Made by a program: the position numbers and the translations under genes. A model generated the notes under the pieces. That model did not search any database, was not told where the DNA came from, and saw nothing but the letters and a program-made list of their open reading frames with translations. Positions 23,757 through 32,699 of a stretch of DNA of 33,551 nucleotides are shown one piece after another. The DNA lies in the IMG/VR virus record IMGVR_UViG_3300045988_094565; one strand, 5' to 3'. The DNA comes from a virus. Numbering within the stretch: the stretch's first letter is position 1; every line of letters starts with the position of its first letter.

Positions 23757-24851
23757 TTACAGACTGTCACACACGCACCGCACACCAATGCTCGCGCCCA
23801 CGTACCACGGGTAAGTGTTGCAAATGACGGCACGGCTACCGCAACGCACGCCGTTGTTCCAACCGCCGCCGCCAATGAGGGCGTGCAAGGCTGTTTGTGA
23901 CGGCATATAAATTTGACCGTAGCCGGACATAACATTGTACCAATTCCAGGATGCAGCGGTTGGGTCTAAACACAACTCGTTAAGCCACTCCCACACGTTC
24001 CCGGCAATATCCATAATATTTTTTACAGAAATTGCATTTTTGATTTTTCCAACGGCGGTTCTTGCGGTGTTTGTTGTTGCGGTCCAACCGTTTGTATTGC
24101 TACCGTCTAATCCCTGGGGGCTTCCCTCTGCTGCAATTAACCACTCTGCAAAGTCCGGTAAACGCTTTCCGACACGGGCAGCCTTTTCATTGGCAATATA
24201 CCAATTTAAACCCTCTGTACCCGTAATAGGCGTTGCATTATATACAGATTGTAAGCCGTTCGCCCCATCATCTGATGCAAGGTAAATATCAGCCCACAAA
24301 CCATTCCCCAGGTATGCCATACCGGACGGGTCGCACTTCGGACGGTGTAAGGCGGTCCATACAGAGTTAGGGGCAATGTCCTCACGCACGTTACTTTCCC
24401 AACCGCTACCACGCACACTTCCACTTGTATTTACTTCTCTGCCGTATTCATCCACATTTCTAACAAAGCCATAATGGAAACCGCCAATTTTACGGGTGTT
24501 TGTATCGTCCCATTCCACGCCGTCCGGGAATGTGGAATTTTCAGAGATTAAATAAACCTCGTTTGAACTGTCCTTGCCATTGTTGCATAAGTAAATGTAA
24601 TAATCTTTGCCGTGTGCAAAGCTGCTTGCACCGTCCAGGTTGGCGGCGGAAAGCGTTGTTTCTTCGGTCTGAAAAATGGCATCCCCTACCGCAATAACTG
24701 CCCCGGCAAGCACGGTTAATTGTCCGGCTGCGGAATACTGTATAAACGCCTTTTCACTCGCTACAATGTCCGATACGGCGGCCATTTTAGCAACTGTGAT
24801 TTTCGCCCTCTCGTCCGTCATATTCTCGTCATAAACAAATAATCTTCCCAT
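23757..24851 (-). CDS. DGR target protein: tail-fibre-associated receptor-binding protein with C-terminal C-type-lectin / FGE-sulfatase-like fold
   Basis: GNVWEWLNE motif. The C-terminus GGGGWNNGVRCGSRAVICNTYPWYVGASIGVRCVCDSL carries the VR. Last gene of the tail module. Confidence 0.88.
   Translation of the reverse strand: MGRLFVYDENMTDERAKITVAKMAAVSDIVASEKAFIQYSAAGQLTVLAGAVIAVGDAIFQTEETTLSAANLDGASSFAHGKDYYIYLCNNGKDSSNEVYLISENSTFPDGVEWDDTNTRKIGGFHYGFVRNVDEYGREVNTSGSVRGSGWESNVREDIAPNSVWTALHRPKCDPSGMAYLGNGLWADIYLASDDGANGLQSVYNATPITGTEGLNWYIANEKAARVGKRLPDFAEWLIAAEGSPQGLDGSNTNGWTATTNTARTAVGKIKNAISVKNIMDIAGNVWEWLNELCLDPTAASWNWYNVMSGYGQIYMPSQTALHALIGGGGWNNGVRCGSRAVICNTYPWYVGASIGVRCVCDSL
23766..23892 (-). 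repeat. DGR variable repeat (VR), 127 nt, encoding the last ~42 codons of the target gene
   Basis: 117 of 127 positions identical to the TR. The differences are confined to TR adenines. Confidence 0.92.
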
Positions 24852-25345
24852 TATGCTAACTCTCCTTTCATCTGCTCCACTTCCTCTTCTGTAATTCCCA
24901 GGCGGTCATAAAATGTAACCTCTGCCGGAATACCGATTGTAGCCGCATCCGCCGCAATAGCCTTTGAAAGTGTTAAAATTGTGTGCTTGGTCTGATTGTT
25001 ATTTGTGGTTGTTTCGGTATCTGCTGCCGCCGTTCCCTCTGTTGCTGCCGCTTCCTGGTCTGCTTCTGCTGCCTTTTCAACCTCAATATGCTCCACGGTC
25101 TTAACGGTTGCGGTCACGTTCCCGGCTTTTACCTTGTCCCCCTCTGTAACCTCGTTTACAAACATAAGGGTAACGCCCTTTCTGTCCTCGGTTTTCTCCA
25201 GGATAGGGCAAAAGATGAAATTCTGATTTTCCAACTTCTCAACTGCTGCCAACCAATCTTCTTTCTTCAATCTGCCTTTCTTTACAAGTTTGTAAGTGTT
25301 GACTAAATCCGCCTTTGTCTTAATTACTTTTGGAAATCCTACCAT
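24851..25345 (-). CDS. Hypothetical tail-module protein with an Ala/Thr/Glu-rich low-complexity linker
   Basis: 164-aa ORF with start/stop overlap to its neighbours. Confidence 0.5.
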   Translation of the reverse strand: MVGFPKVIKTKADLVNTYKLVKKGRLKKEDWLAAVEKLENQNFIFCPILEKTEDRKGVTLMFVNEVTEGDKVKAGNVTATVKTVEHIEVEKAAEADQEAAATEGTAAADTETTTNNNQTKHTILTLSKAIAADAATIGIPAEVTFYDRLGITEEEVEQMKGELA

Positions 25346-25366
25346 TGTTTAATCCTCTCTTTCTTT

Positions 25367-26407
25367 TTATTGTGCAATAAATGAACCAATATAATTTCCG
25401 ATATAGCCCAGGTTTGAACCCTCACGCAATGTAATATTCTGCGTTGTCATAAGATTATCGTTTGTAACCTTAAAGGCTTTCGGTGTAACCATAACGCTTT
25501 CCAAATCCGCTTCCACGGTGTATTCTCCGGCTTCCGTGACATAAAAGCCCATTTGGCTTTTTGTAACAGTAACCGTCTGCATGGTCCCCGTGGTCTTATT
25601 CGTAAGTTTTACCGTTACCGGGCTTGTAATCTGCTCCAATGTGCTAATGATGTAAACCTTAAAGGCAATGTTGTAAACCTTTTCTTTTACATCATCAATC
25701 TGTAATTGCAGTTTCCCGGCAATGTCCCCGGAAAGTTCCGTTTGCTTCTCTTTAAACCACTTATTCCATTGTGCTTCCTGGTCCGTCATAAACGCTTGTG
25801 TCATTTCGGCGTATTCTTCAATGAAATTTGCATGGTCTTGTTCCATGCTCTTTTTTTCCAGGGCGAACCATGCGTTAAATTGCTTTGTGAACTGTGAAAA
25901 ATCAAAATCCTCAAACTGTGATGCAATGAAACCGCACAATCCCGTGTCTGCCCTGGTGTCTGTAATATCACTTTGGGATATTGCCACCGCTCCGGCTGCC
26001 ACATAAATTTCCGCCAAACATTTTTCCTGGATTGTGTCATTGTTCGTAAGTTCCGGCGGCTGCGGATTGCTTGAATATGCCCCCTCTAAAATAAAAATGC
26101 TTGGTTTTCGCTCTGTTTCATCATTCCGCAATATTACACGGTCAATTCTTGGCAATGTACCGTTCGAACCGCTCACGGGCAATTCTAGGACTGTTGTATT
26201 ATGGATTGTGTGCAAGTTGATGTATGCGTACCCGGTACGGCTTCCGCCGTCCACCTTTACCGCCATACTTTCCCCGTCTGCGGTTACTTGCAAATGTCCA
26301 TACGCCACACCCTCTTTATAGAACGGGGCTTTGTCCTCGTTCATATCCTGGCCGTTGTATAAGCGGTCTTTATTTACGGAATTGTAAAAAAATCCTCTTA
26401 CTGCCAT
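25367..26407 (-). CDS. Putative tail fibre / baseplate structural protein
   Basis: The N-terminal pattern ...DRLYNGQDMNE...PRIDRVILRND...ITDTRADTGLCGF resembles conserved N-termini of Firmicutes prophage tail-fibre proteins. Located after the Tal-like gene. Confidence 0.5.
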   Translation of the reverse strand: MAVRGFFYNSVNKDRLYNGQDMNEDKAPFYKEGVAYGHLQVTADGESMAVKVDGGSRTGYAYINLHTIHNTTVLELPVSGSNGTLPRIDRVILRNDETERKPSIFILEGAYSSNPQPPELTNNDTIQEKCLAEIYVAAGAVAISQSDITDTRADTGLCGFIASQFEDFDFSQFTKQFNAWFALEKKSMEQDHANFIEEYAEMTQAFMTDQEAQWNKWFKEKQTELSGDIAGKLQLQIDDVKEKVYNIAFKVYIISTLEQITSPVTVKLTNKTTGTMQTVTVTKSQMGFYVTEAGEYTVEADLESVMVTPKAFKVTNDNLMTTQNITLREGSNLGYIGNYIGSFIAQ

Positions 26408-26426
26408 TTGCTTTTCCTCTCCTTTC

Positions 26427-27473
26427 CTAATTGTCCCAATTTATGGTTGTGGGTAGGGCATCCCCAAAAGTAGGAACAACATACATTCCGCCGTATTCGT
26501 AAACCTCGCAAAGTTCCGTAATGCGTAAATTTAATACTTTGTTCCATTTTGCCTTTTCTACTGTCACAATGTCCCCTAAATCGTAATCCGTGCCATAGAT
26601 AAAATTAACCTCGGCTTCCACTTCGGCTTCTATGTTCTCAATCACGGCGTTTTCCGCTTTGTACTGCTCCCCCCGGATGCGTAACGCTTCCAGGTATTCC
26701 GCATTGGTTGAAAAATCATCTTTATTTATGTCTTTGGCATCCAAAAACTCTTCCCGTAAATCAAACCCCGTTCCGCCGCCTACCGTTACATAAATACGGT
26801 CCGCACCGTCCCCGGCCCCACCTACAACAATCTTTGTTTTGGCGGTTTCGTCTGAATAGGTATGTTTTGCACGGTTTAGGTTGTTGTAACTCTCTGAAAA
26901 GATTACACGGGGCTTTGTGCCTTGCTTCGTGGTTCTGTCTATGCCTTTATATGTTTCAAAGGTCATTTTCTTACCCTTAAAGTCCGGCACTACTCTAAAG
27001 CCCAATTCACAATACCTGGCAATCTTAGAAAGATAGGTTAATACATTCTTATAGGTTGCCTGGAATGTTATTTTGGTTGCATCCCCTATTCCTGGGGCCA
27101 CTTCCAACAACGGTACTGCTGCCATGCGGTTAATCATATAACGCATAGCATCTTCACACGTTCCGTTAAATGTAAACATGGGACCGGTCAATCTGTCATT
27201 AAAATATATAGGCAGAAAATAGCCATTTCGCACAATCTCATTTACAAGGGTGCTTTCCTCTTCTGTCTGGTCCCCACGGATAACGGCGGCTTCATCCTTT
27301 CCCTTTGGCCTTATTACATTACCCGGCTGCAAAAGCCTTATGTTGTCCTCTGTTGCCGGGGCGTGTAACTCAAACGTGCCACACTCGTAATATTTTCTAT
27401 GCCATTGTAAGGATGTATGGTTTTCAATCGTCCCCAGGCGGTACAAATTGCGGTCATATACAATAATTTCCAT
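26427..27473 (-). CDS. Tail-tip (Tal-like / Gp37-like) protein; start moved to ATG 27473
   Basis: MEIIVYDRNLYRLGTIEN...LQWHRKYYECGTFELHAP pattern. Follows Dit. The upstream extension in the track overlaps Dit. Confidence 0.55.
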   Translation of the reverse strand: MEIIVYDRNLYRLGTIENHTSLQWHRKYYECGTFELHAPATEDNIRLLQPGNVIRPKGKDEAAVIRGDQTEEESTLVNEIVRNGYFLPIYFNDRLTGPMFTFNGTCEDAMRYMINRMAAVPLLEVAPGIGDATKITFQATYKNVLTYLSKIARYCELGFRVVPDFKGKKMTFETYKGIDRTTKQGTKPRVIFSESYNNLNRAKHTYSDETAKTKIVVGGAGDGADRIYVTVGGGTGFDLREEFLDAKDINKDDFSTNAEYLEALRIRGEQYKAENAVIENIEAEVEAEVNFIYGTDYDLGDIVTVEKAKWNKVLNLRITELCEVYEYGGMYVVPTFGDALPTTINWDN

Positions 27474-27477
27474 GCTC

Positions 27478-28431
27478 TTACACCCCCAAATATGAAATGC
27501 GATAATATACGGACACGGATAAATAGTTAATGCCGCTTTCTGCATTGTATGTAATGGTGTTTGTGCCGTCCTGCAACTGTATAAAATCCCCGTCCTCGTC
27601 CAAATACTGATTTATGATTGTTCCGTACATAGAAACAACCGTTTCCCAATCAATCATTCCGTAACGGTCCTTGTGTTCCTCAATTTCTGCCTGGCTCACA
27701 CCGTCCAAAAGGTATATATTTTTCTTTCCGGTGTGCGTGAAAATAACCACATATTTGCCGCTTTGCAATTCAAAATCATTTCCGGCATAACCGACTTTTA
27801 TATATTTCCCGCTCTCTGAATGGTAAATAGCCGGATTTTTTACAATGCCGTCCGCTCTGAATATTGCAGTTATTCCGATATTGTCCGCACCGTTGTTATT
27901 TTCAATTTCCTTTACCAACTCGGCTTCCCGGTGTCCAAATTCCACGCCGTTAATATCAAACCCGTTTTCAAAGTACCAATCTGATACCCAACTTGCCATT
28001 ACCACTTCCACATCTGACAGGTCCTTAAAATACGGGTCGGTGCAAATAAGGCTAATTGTATAATCCCTTACAACGCCCGTTGTTGCCCCTGGTGTCACGC
28101 TTTCCACTCTGTAAGTGATTGTTTTTATATCCCCGTCCTCGCTATATTCAAGCGTTCCGGTTCTACCCTTTGGGAACACTCTATACAGTAATTCCCGGTT
28201 CTTTCTGTAATCTCCGTCAATCTCTGCGGTTATTACAATGTTTCTTTCCTTTGCCGTGCTTCCCTGGTATGTGCTGCCGTCTGTTGTGGTGTTTTCTGAT
28301 GTGGTAACATTGCAATCATAACCATATATTCCGTCAAGCCCTAATAGGTGGAATGGGTTATTGTCCCAATCCCACCTAAAGGCAATAGAAACATTTTTAT
28401 CATTTGTGCAAGTAACTGTAATATCTGCCAT
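27478..28431 (-). CDS. Distal tail protein (Dit)
   Basis: 317 aa directly downstream of the tape measure, with a typical siphovirus tail-component N-terminus. Confidence 0.65.
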   Translation of the reverse strand: MADITVTCTNDKNVSIAFRWDWDNNPFHLLGLDGIYGYDCNVTTSENTTTDGSTYQGSTAKERNIVITAEIDGDYRKNRELLYRVFPKGRTGTLEYSEDGDIKTITYRVESVTPGATTGVVRDYTISLICTDPYFKDLSDVEVVMASWVSDWYFENGFDINGVEFGHREAELVKEIENNNGADNIGITAIFRADGIVKNPAIYHSESGKYIKVGYAGNDFELQSGKYVVIFTHTGKKNIYLLDGVSQAEIEEHKDRYGMIDWETVVSMYGTIINQYLDEDGDFIQLQDGTNTITYNAESGINYLSVSVYYRISYLGV

Positions 28432-28434
28432 AAT

Positions 28435-31400
28435 TTACCCCCTCTGCATTGCAATAACCATTGCACGGGTCTGTATTCTCGTTTGTCTTGCTACTTCATA
28501 AGGGGATAGGGCTTTAGGACTTGTAATATTGATTTCCTGGTGGAAACCGCTATTGTTGCCCTTTAGGTTGTCTGCTGCCGTGTTTACCGCCGAACCCGTA
28601 AGCGGTGTTACAACTGCCTTTCCGTTTACCATGCTTAAAAGTTCCGGTCCGGCTTCTGCTACCATTGCCGTACCCTCTCTTAATACACCGCCTTTTGCTA
28701 ATCTTGGAAGTGAAAGTGTATCTATTTTTGAAAGTGAAACGCCCGGTATCTCATTGATAATTCCAATTACTCCGTTAATCATACCGATAAACTTATTTAC
28801 AACGCCCTCTATGGTTGATAAACAACTGTTGATTGCCGATTTAAAAGCATCCCCAACCGCTGAACCGATAGCCACACCGACATTTACGAAACAACCTTTG
28901 ATTTTCTCCCATAAATCAGAGAAAAAGGAAGTTACATTGGCAAATGCGTTTTTTATGTTCGTCCATGCGTTATCAAACTGTGTTTTAAACCATGTTGGAA
29001 CGGATGCAAGGGCGGTTTTTATCTCCGTCCACCTTGCCCCGAACCATGAACCGATTGCAGCGAATACATTTGTTACATTGGTGTATGCGTTTGTGAACAT
29101 AGTTAAAAACCATGTGGCTACTGCTGCAAGGGCGGTTTTTATGTCGTTCCACCTGGCGGCGAACCATGAACCGATTGCAGCGAATACGTTTGTTACATTC
29201 GTATAGGCATTTGTAAACATGGTAAGAAACCACGTTGCCACGGTCGCAAGGGCGGTTTTTATGTCGTTCCACCTGGCGGCGAACCATGAACCGATTGCAG
29301 AAAAAATTGTGGTTATTGCGTTCCATGCTTCCGTAAATCTGTCACTGAACCACTGACCCACGCCCTGGAATACGGCAACAATGCTATTCCAAATATTGGT
29401 AAATAATGTTTTTACATTTACGCCGAACCCCTCTAAAAATCCGATTATGAAATTTATAACCGCCTGGATGATGTTTTTTACAAACGATATTGCACTATTA
29501 AACGCACCTTGCAGATACGAAAAGAAACCGTCAAAATCTCCATGTAATAACGCTATAATGGCATTTATGATATTGGTAACAAAATCAATCACATTTTGGA
29601 TTGCTGCAATTATCGGTGCTGCTGCATTGATAACCCCATTTACAATACTTGCTATGTATGTAAGAACAAATTCAAATACGGGTTTTAATGCAGCCATGAG
29701 GTTAATAAACGCTTGCTTTAGGCTCTCCAAAAGCGGTTGTATGGTTGTCCACATCTGTGAAAAGGCATCCTTTACCTTTCCTATGGTCCCGTCCACTTTC
29801 TCTTTAAATTCATCATTCGTTTTATATAAAGCAATGAACCCGGCGGCAAGTGCCGCTATAATAGCAATCACTATTCCAACCGGTCCCGTGAGTGCTGATA
29901 AAACACCACTCATTCCGCCTATTTTGCTTGTTAATCCCGTTACGGTTTTTATTACCCCGGATATTCCCGTTGACATTTTCCCAAATATGATTAAAGCCGG
30001 GCCGATAGCCGCAACAATCATTCCGATTTTTACAATCATCTGCTTTGTGTTGTCGTCCAGGTTTTTAAACCATGTTGTAAACTCTTTTACCTTGTTCACA
30101 ACCTTATCAATTGTTGGCTGCAATGTGGTTAAAATGGAACTTCCCAGGTCTGCCCCGGCAAGTTTCAAATTGTTCATTGCTACGGCTGCATCATCCCACG
30201 GGTCTAATGTGGTTTCAAATGTGTCACTTACCACATCCCCATAGTCTGATAAAGCACCGCTTAAATCGTCTACGGATAAACGCCCCTCACGGATTGCCTG
30301 GGTCATTTCCGCCGCACCTTTCTTTCCGAAAAGGTCGGATGCAATGGTTAAGGCTTCCGTTTCTGTCTTTGCGTTTTTAATGCTATCTATTGTTTCGGTC
30401 AATGCTTCGTCTGCACTCTTGCCGTCTGCCGTTGCGTTCTGAACCGCTTTTTTCATTCCGGCAAGTGCGGTTGAAACATCAACGCCGCTTGCTTCCATTT
30501 GTGCAAGCAAATTAACGGATGATGTTAAATCAAGCCCCATTTCTTTAAGGCTTGCACCGTTGGTTGTAAGTGCGGTTTCCAATGTTTCCATTGAAATACC
30601 CGTGTCCTGGCCCGCTTTTGTCATAAGCCCCAACACATTTTTTGTCTGTGAAGCATCAACGCCGAATTTTGTCATAACACTGTCCACGCTATCAATAGCC
30701 GTGTTTAAATCCGTTCCGTTGATGTTTGCAAATTTAATAAATTCTTTTGAAAGATTTTCTAACTCTGTCCCGGTTGCCCCGAACCTTGTATTTACTTCTC
30801 CAACCGCTACGCCCACATCATCCATTGTAGTTGGCATATCTGAAAATACATTGTCCGCTACTGTCGTAAGGCTTTCCAGGGCTTCCCCGGTTGCTCCCGT
30901 CTTGGTAATAATGGTGTCATAGCCGTTATCTAATTCCATAGATGCAGCAACCCCGGCTGCTCCTAATGCGGTTATTCCGGCCGTTACGGGCATCATCTTT
31001 TCCCCGGCTTTGGTTGCCTTATCCCCTACCGTTCCAAAAGCATCCCCCACCTTTGCAAGCGTTGAATTACTCGCCTTTGCTTGCTCTTCCAGGTTTTTAA
31101 GTTCTGCTTCCGTTGCGATTACTTCACGTTTGATTGCCCGGTACTGCTCCTCGGATGCTTCGCCGTTTTTAAACTGCTGCTCCACCTGGGCTTCTGCCGT
31201 TTTTAATACATCTAATTTATCTTTGGTTTCGCCTACTGCCTTTGTAAGCAACTGTTGTTTCTGTGCTAAAAGTTCGGTATTCTTGGGGTCTAATTTCAAG
31301 CCCTTTTCAACCTCTTTTAACTCATTCTTGGTACTTTTGAGGTCCCCGTTTACACCCTTTAAGGCATTTTGCAACTTGGTTGTATCTCCGCCAATCTCAA

Positions 31401-31452
31401 TAGTAATACCCTTAATGTTGTTAGCCACTTGATTTTCCCCCTTTCTTTCCAA
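28435..31452 (-). CDS. Tape measure protein
   Basis: 1005 aa with a coiled-coil N-terminus, a hydrophobic central region and Trp/Phe-periodic tandem repeats. Follows the G/T chaperones. Confidence 0.9.
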   Translation of the reverse strand: MERKGENQVANNIKGITIEIGGDTTKLQNALKGVNGDLKSTKNELKEVEKGLKLDPKNTELLAQKQQLLTKAVGETKDKLDVLKTAEAQVEQQFKNGEASEEQYRAIKREVIATEAELKNLEEQAKASNSTLAKVGDAFGTVGDKATKAGEKMMPVTAGITALGAAGVAASMELDNGYDTIITKTGATGEALESLTTVADNVFSDMPTTMDDVGVAVGEVNTRFGATGTELENLSKEFIKFANINGTDLNTAIDSVDSVMTKFGVDASQTKNVLGLMTKAGQDTGISMETLETALTTNGASLKEMGLDLTSSVNLLAQMEASGVDVSTALAGMKKAVQNATADGKSADEALTETIDSIKNAKTETEALTIASDLFGKKGAAEMTQAIREGRLSVDDLSGALSDYGDVVSDTFETTLDPWDDAAVAMNNLKLAGADLGSSILTTLQPTIDKVVNKVKEFTTWFKNLDDNTKQMIVKIGMIVAAIGPALIIFGKMSTGISGVIKTVTGLTSKIGGMSGVLSALTGPVGIVIAIIAALAAGFIALYKTNDEFKEKVDGTIGKVKDAFSQMWTTIQPLLESLKQAFINLMAALKPVFEFVLTYIASIVNGVINAAAPIIAAIQNVIDFVTNIINAIIALLHGDFDGFFSYLQGAFNSAISFVKNIIQAVINFIIGFLEGFGVNVKTLFTNIWNSIVAVFQGVGQWFSDRFTEAWNAITTIFSAIGSWFAARWNDIKTALATVATWFLTMFTNAYTNVTNVFAAIGSWFAARWNDIKTALAAVATWFLTMFTNAYTNVTNVFAAIGSWFGARWTEIKTALASVPTWFKTQFDNAWTNIKNAFANVTSFFSDLWEKIKGCFVNVGVAIGSAVGDAFKSAINSCLSTIEGVVNKFIGMINGVIGIINEIPGVSLSKIDTLSLPRLAKGGVLREGTAMVAEAGPELLSMVNGKAVVTPLTGSAVNTAADNLKGNNSGFHQEINITSPKALSPYEVARQTRIQTRAMVIAMQRG
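28990..29300 (-). repeat. 120-bp (40-aa) tandem repeat, about 2.6 copies, inside the tape measure gene
   Basis: Units start at 28990, 29110 and 29230 (IGSWFAARWNDIKTALA.VATWFLTMFTNAYTNVTNVFAA). Confidence 0.9.
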
Positions 31453-31708
31453 ATCTTTCTCTTAATCCCTCACGGTCCGGTTTTGTCTGCTCCATACGGA
31501 AGCAATCTTTTAAATATTTCCGTCCCTCTTCGGTCTGTGAATTTTCAAAAATCATTGCTTCCCGTAAGAAGAAAAGGTAAATATCTATTTCCATTTCCTG
31601 GACTTCGTAAATATTGATATGGCAATAGTCCATAACCAATTTTTCCGGGCGTGTAAGGATTGTATACGGGATTTCGCCCTTTTTATCTTGGCGTGGATAA
31701 TAGGGCAT
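31421..31708 (-). CDS. Tail assembly chaperone, -1 frame extension (gpT-like part of G-T fusion)
   Basis: Lies in the -1 frame relative to 31711..32061 and is open across the junction. A CCCAAAC heptamer sits at the end of the upstream ORF. Confidence 0.6.
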   Translation of the reverse strand: MPYYPRQDKKGEIPYTILTRPEKLVMDYCHINIYEVQEMEIDIYLFFLREAMIFENSQTEEGRKYLKDCFRMEQTKPDREGLRERFGKKGGKSSG

Positions 31709-31710
31709 TT

Positions 31711-32061
31711 TTAGTTTGGGTTTGCTTTTAATTCATCCACAAACTCCATGTATGCGTTAAGGATTGCCGTACACTCTTCAATGTCGTAACTCTCTACCTC
31801 TTCGGCTGAAACTTTCACATTTCCCATATTGTTGTTTAATACTGCTGCCACAAGGTTATAAATGGTTGATGTATCGGCATCCTCGCCCGTTCCGTTGGCT
31901 TCTACATCCTTTATTGCTTCAAAAACGCCCTTTTGTGGCATACGGACAATAATTTTCTTGCCTTTTTCAACCACATTTCCGTTTTCATCCTTTTTATCTT
32001 TTAGAGTAAACGGCCAAAAGGTGCGTTTAATTTTGTTCATGTTAAATTCTTTTACTGCCAT
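31711..32061 (-). CDS. Tail assembly chaperone (gpG-like); start moved to ATG 32061
   Basis: Positioned between the major tail protein and the tape measure. A conserved start context precedes 32061. Confidence 0.65.
   Translation of the reverse strand: MAVKEFNMNKIKRTFWPFTLKDKKDENGNVVEKGKKIIVRMPQKGVFEAIKDVEANGTGEDADTSTIYNLVAAVLNNNMGNVKVSAEEVESYDIEECTAILNAYMEFVDELKANPN
31714..31720 (-). promoter_or_regulatory. Candidate -1 programmed frameshift heptamer C_CCA_AAC
   Basis: X_XXY_YYZ pattern in the zero frame, immediately before the stop of the gpG-like ORF. The -1 frame continues as PKLKMPYYPRQ.... Confidence 0.55.
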
Positions 32062-32142
32062 GTTGTGTTCCTCTCTTTCATGTAATAAGGCGGCTCGATT
32101 TTTCAACCGGCCGCCCGTTCTTATCGTTGGCCCGTGTTTTGG

Positions 32143-32697
32143 TTACTCTGTTTTGTCAATATCCTCTGTGTAAAGGATTAAAGTACCCTCTTTGTCCATA
32201 GGCTGTGCTTTAAATTCTGCATCAATAACGGTTTCGCTATCCTTTGCAAAGGCAATTGTAAAACCGGCCTGGTTGTTACCAACAATCGTTACACGGATAT
32301 TTCCATCCTGGGTATCTTTATGGACAAATCGCAAAAGGTATTTCTTACCCGTTGCGTTGCCGATACCGCCGATTTTGACCGTCCTAATTCCCTTTGTTTT
32401 ATCTTCTGTCACTCTTGCGGTCTGACATAACTTTTCAAGCGTTGTTCCGCACCATGTCATAATTCCGCTTTTAAGGGTGGCTTCCTCTTCTGTAATAATT
32501 ACTTTGGAAACCTTACCCATATCGTCTTTTGCTTCGTAAAACTCCGGTGCATACTCGATTTCCGCACCGCCCTTAATATGTCCCAGGCGGTTATCTTCCG
32601 TTTCAATCACTGTATCATCCGGGATTGCTTCGTTTGTTCCCTGGAAGTCTGTACAATACAAATCTCCGCTACCTAAAACAATGCTTTCTTTGTCCAT
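32143..32697 (-). CDS. Major tail protein; start moved to ATG 32697
   Basis: 184 aa and beta-rich, upstream of the chaperones. A conserved start-associated sequence precedes 32697. Confidence 0.7.
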   Translation of the reverse strand: MDKESIVLGSGDLYCTDFQGTNEAIPDDTVIETEDNRLGHIKGGAEIEYAPEFYEAKDDMGKVSKVIITEEEATLKSGIMTWCGTTLEKLCQTARVTEDKTKGIRTVKIGGIGNATGKKYLLRFVHKDTQDGNIRVTIVGNNQAGFTIAFAKDSETVIDAEFKAQPMDKEGTLILYTEDIDKTE

Positions 32698-32699
32698 TC

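Noticed and set aside
23702-23935. 77-aa minus-strand ORF overlapping VR and the hairpin
   Set aside because: It is out of frame with the target gene, which carries a clear FGE/C-type-lectin-like C-terminus. It runs through the VR and the intergenic hairpin, so it is an artefact of the GC-rich repeat.
28990-29300. Regularly spaced repeats as a possible CRISPR array
   Set aside because: The units are contiguous 120-bp coding repeats with no unique spacers, and they lie inside one long ORF.
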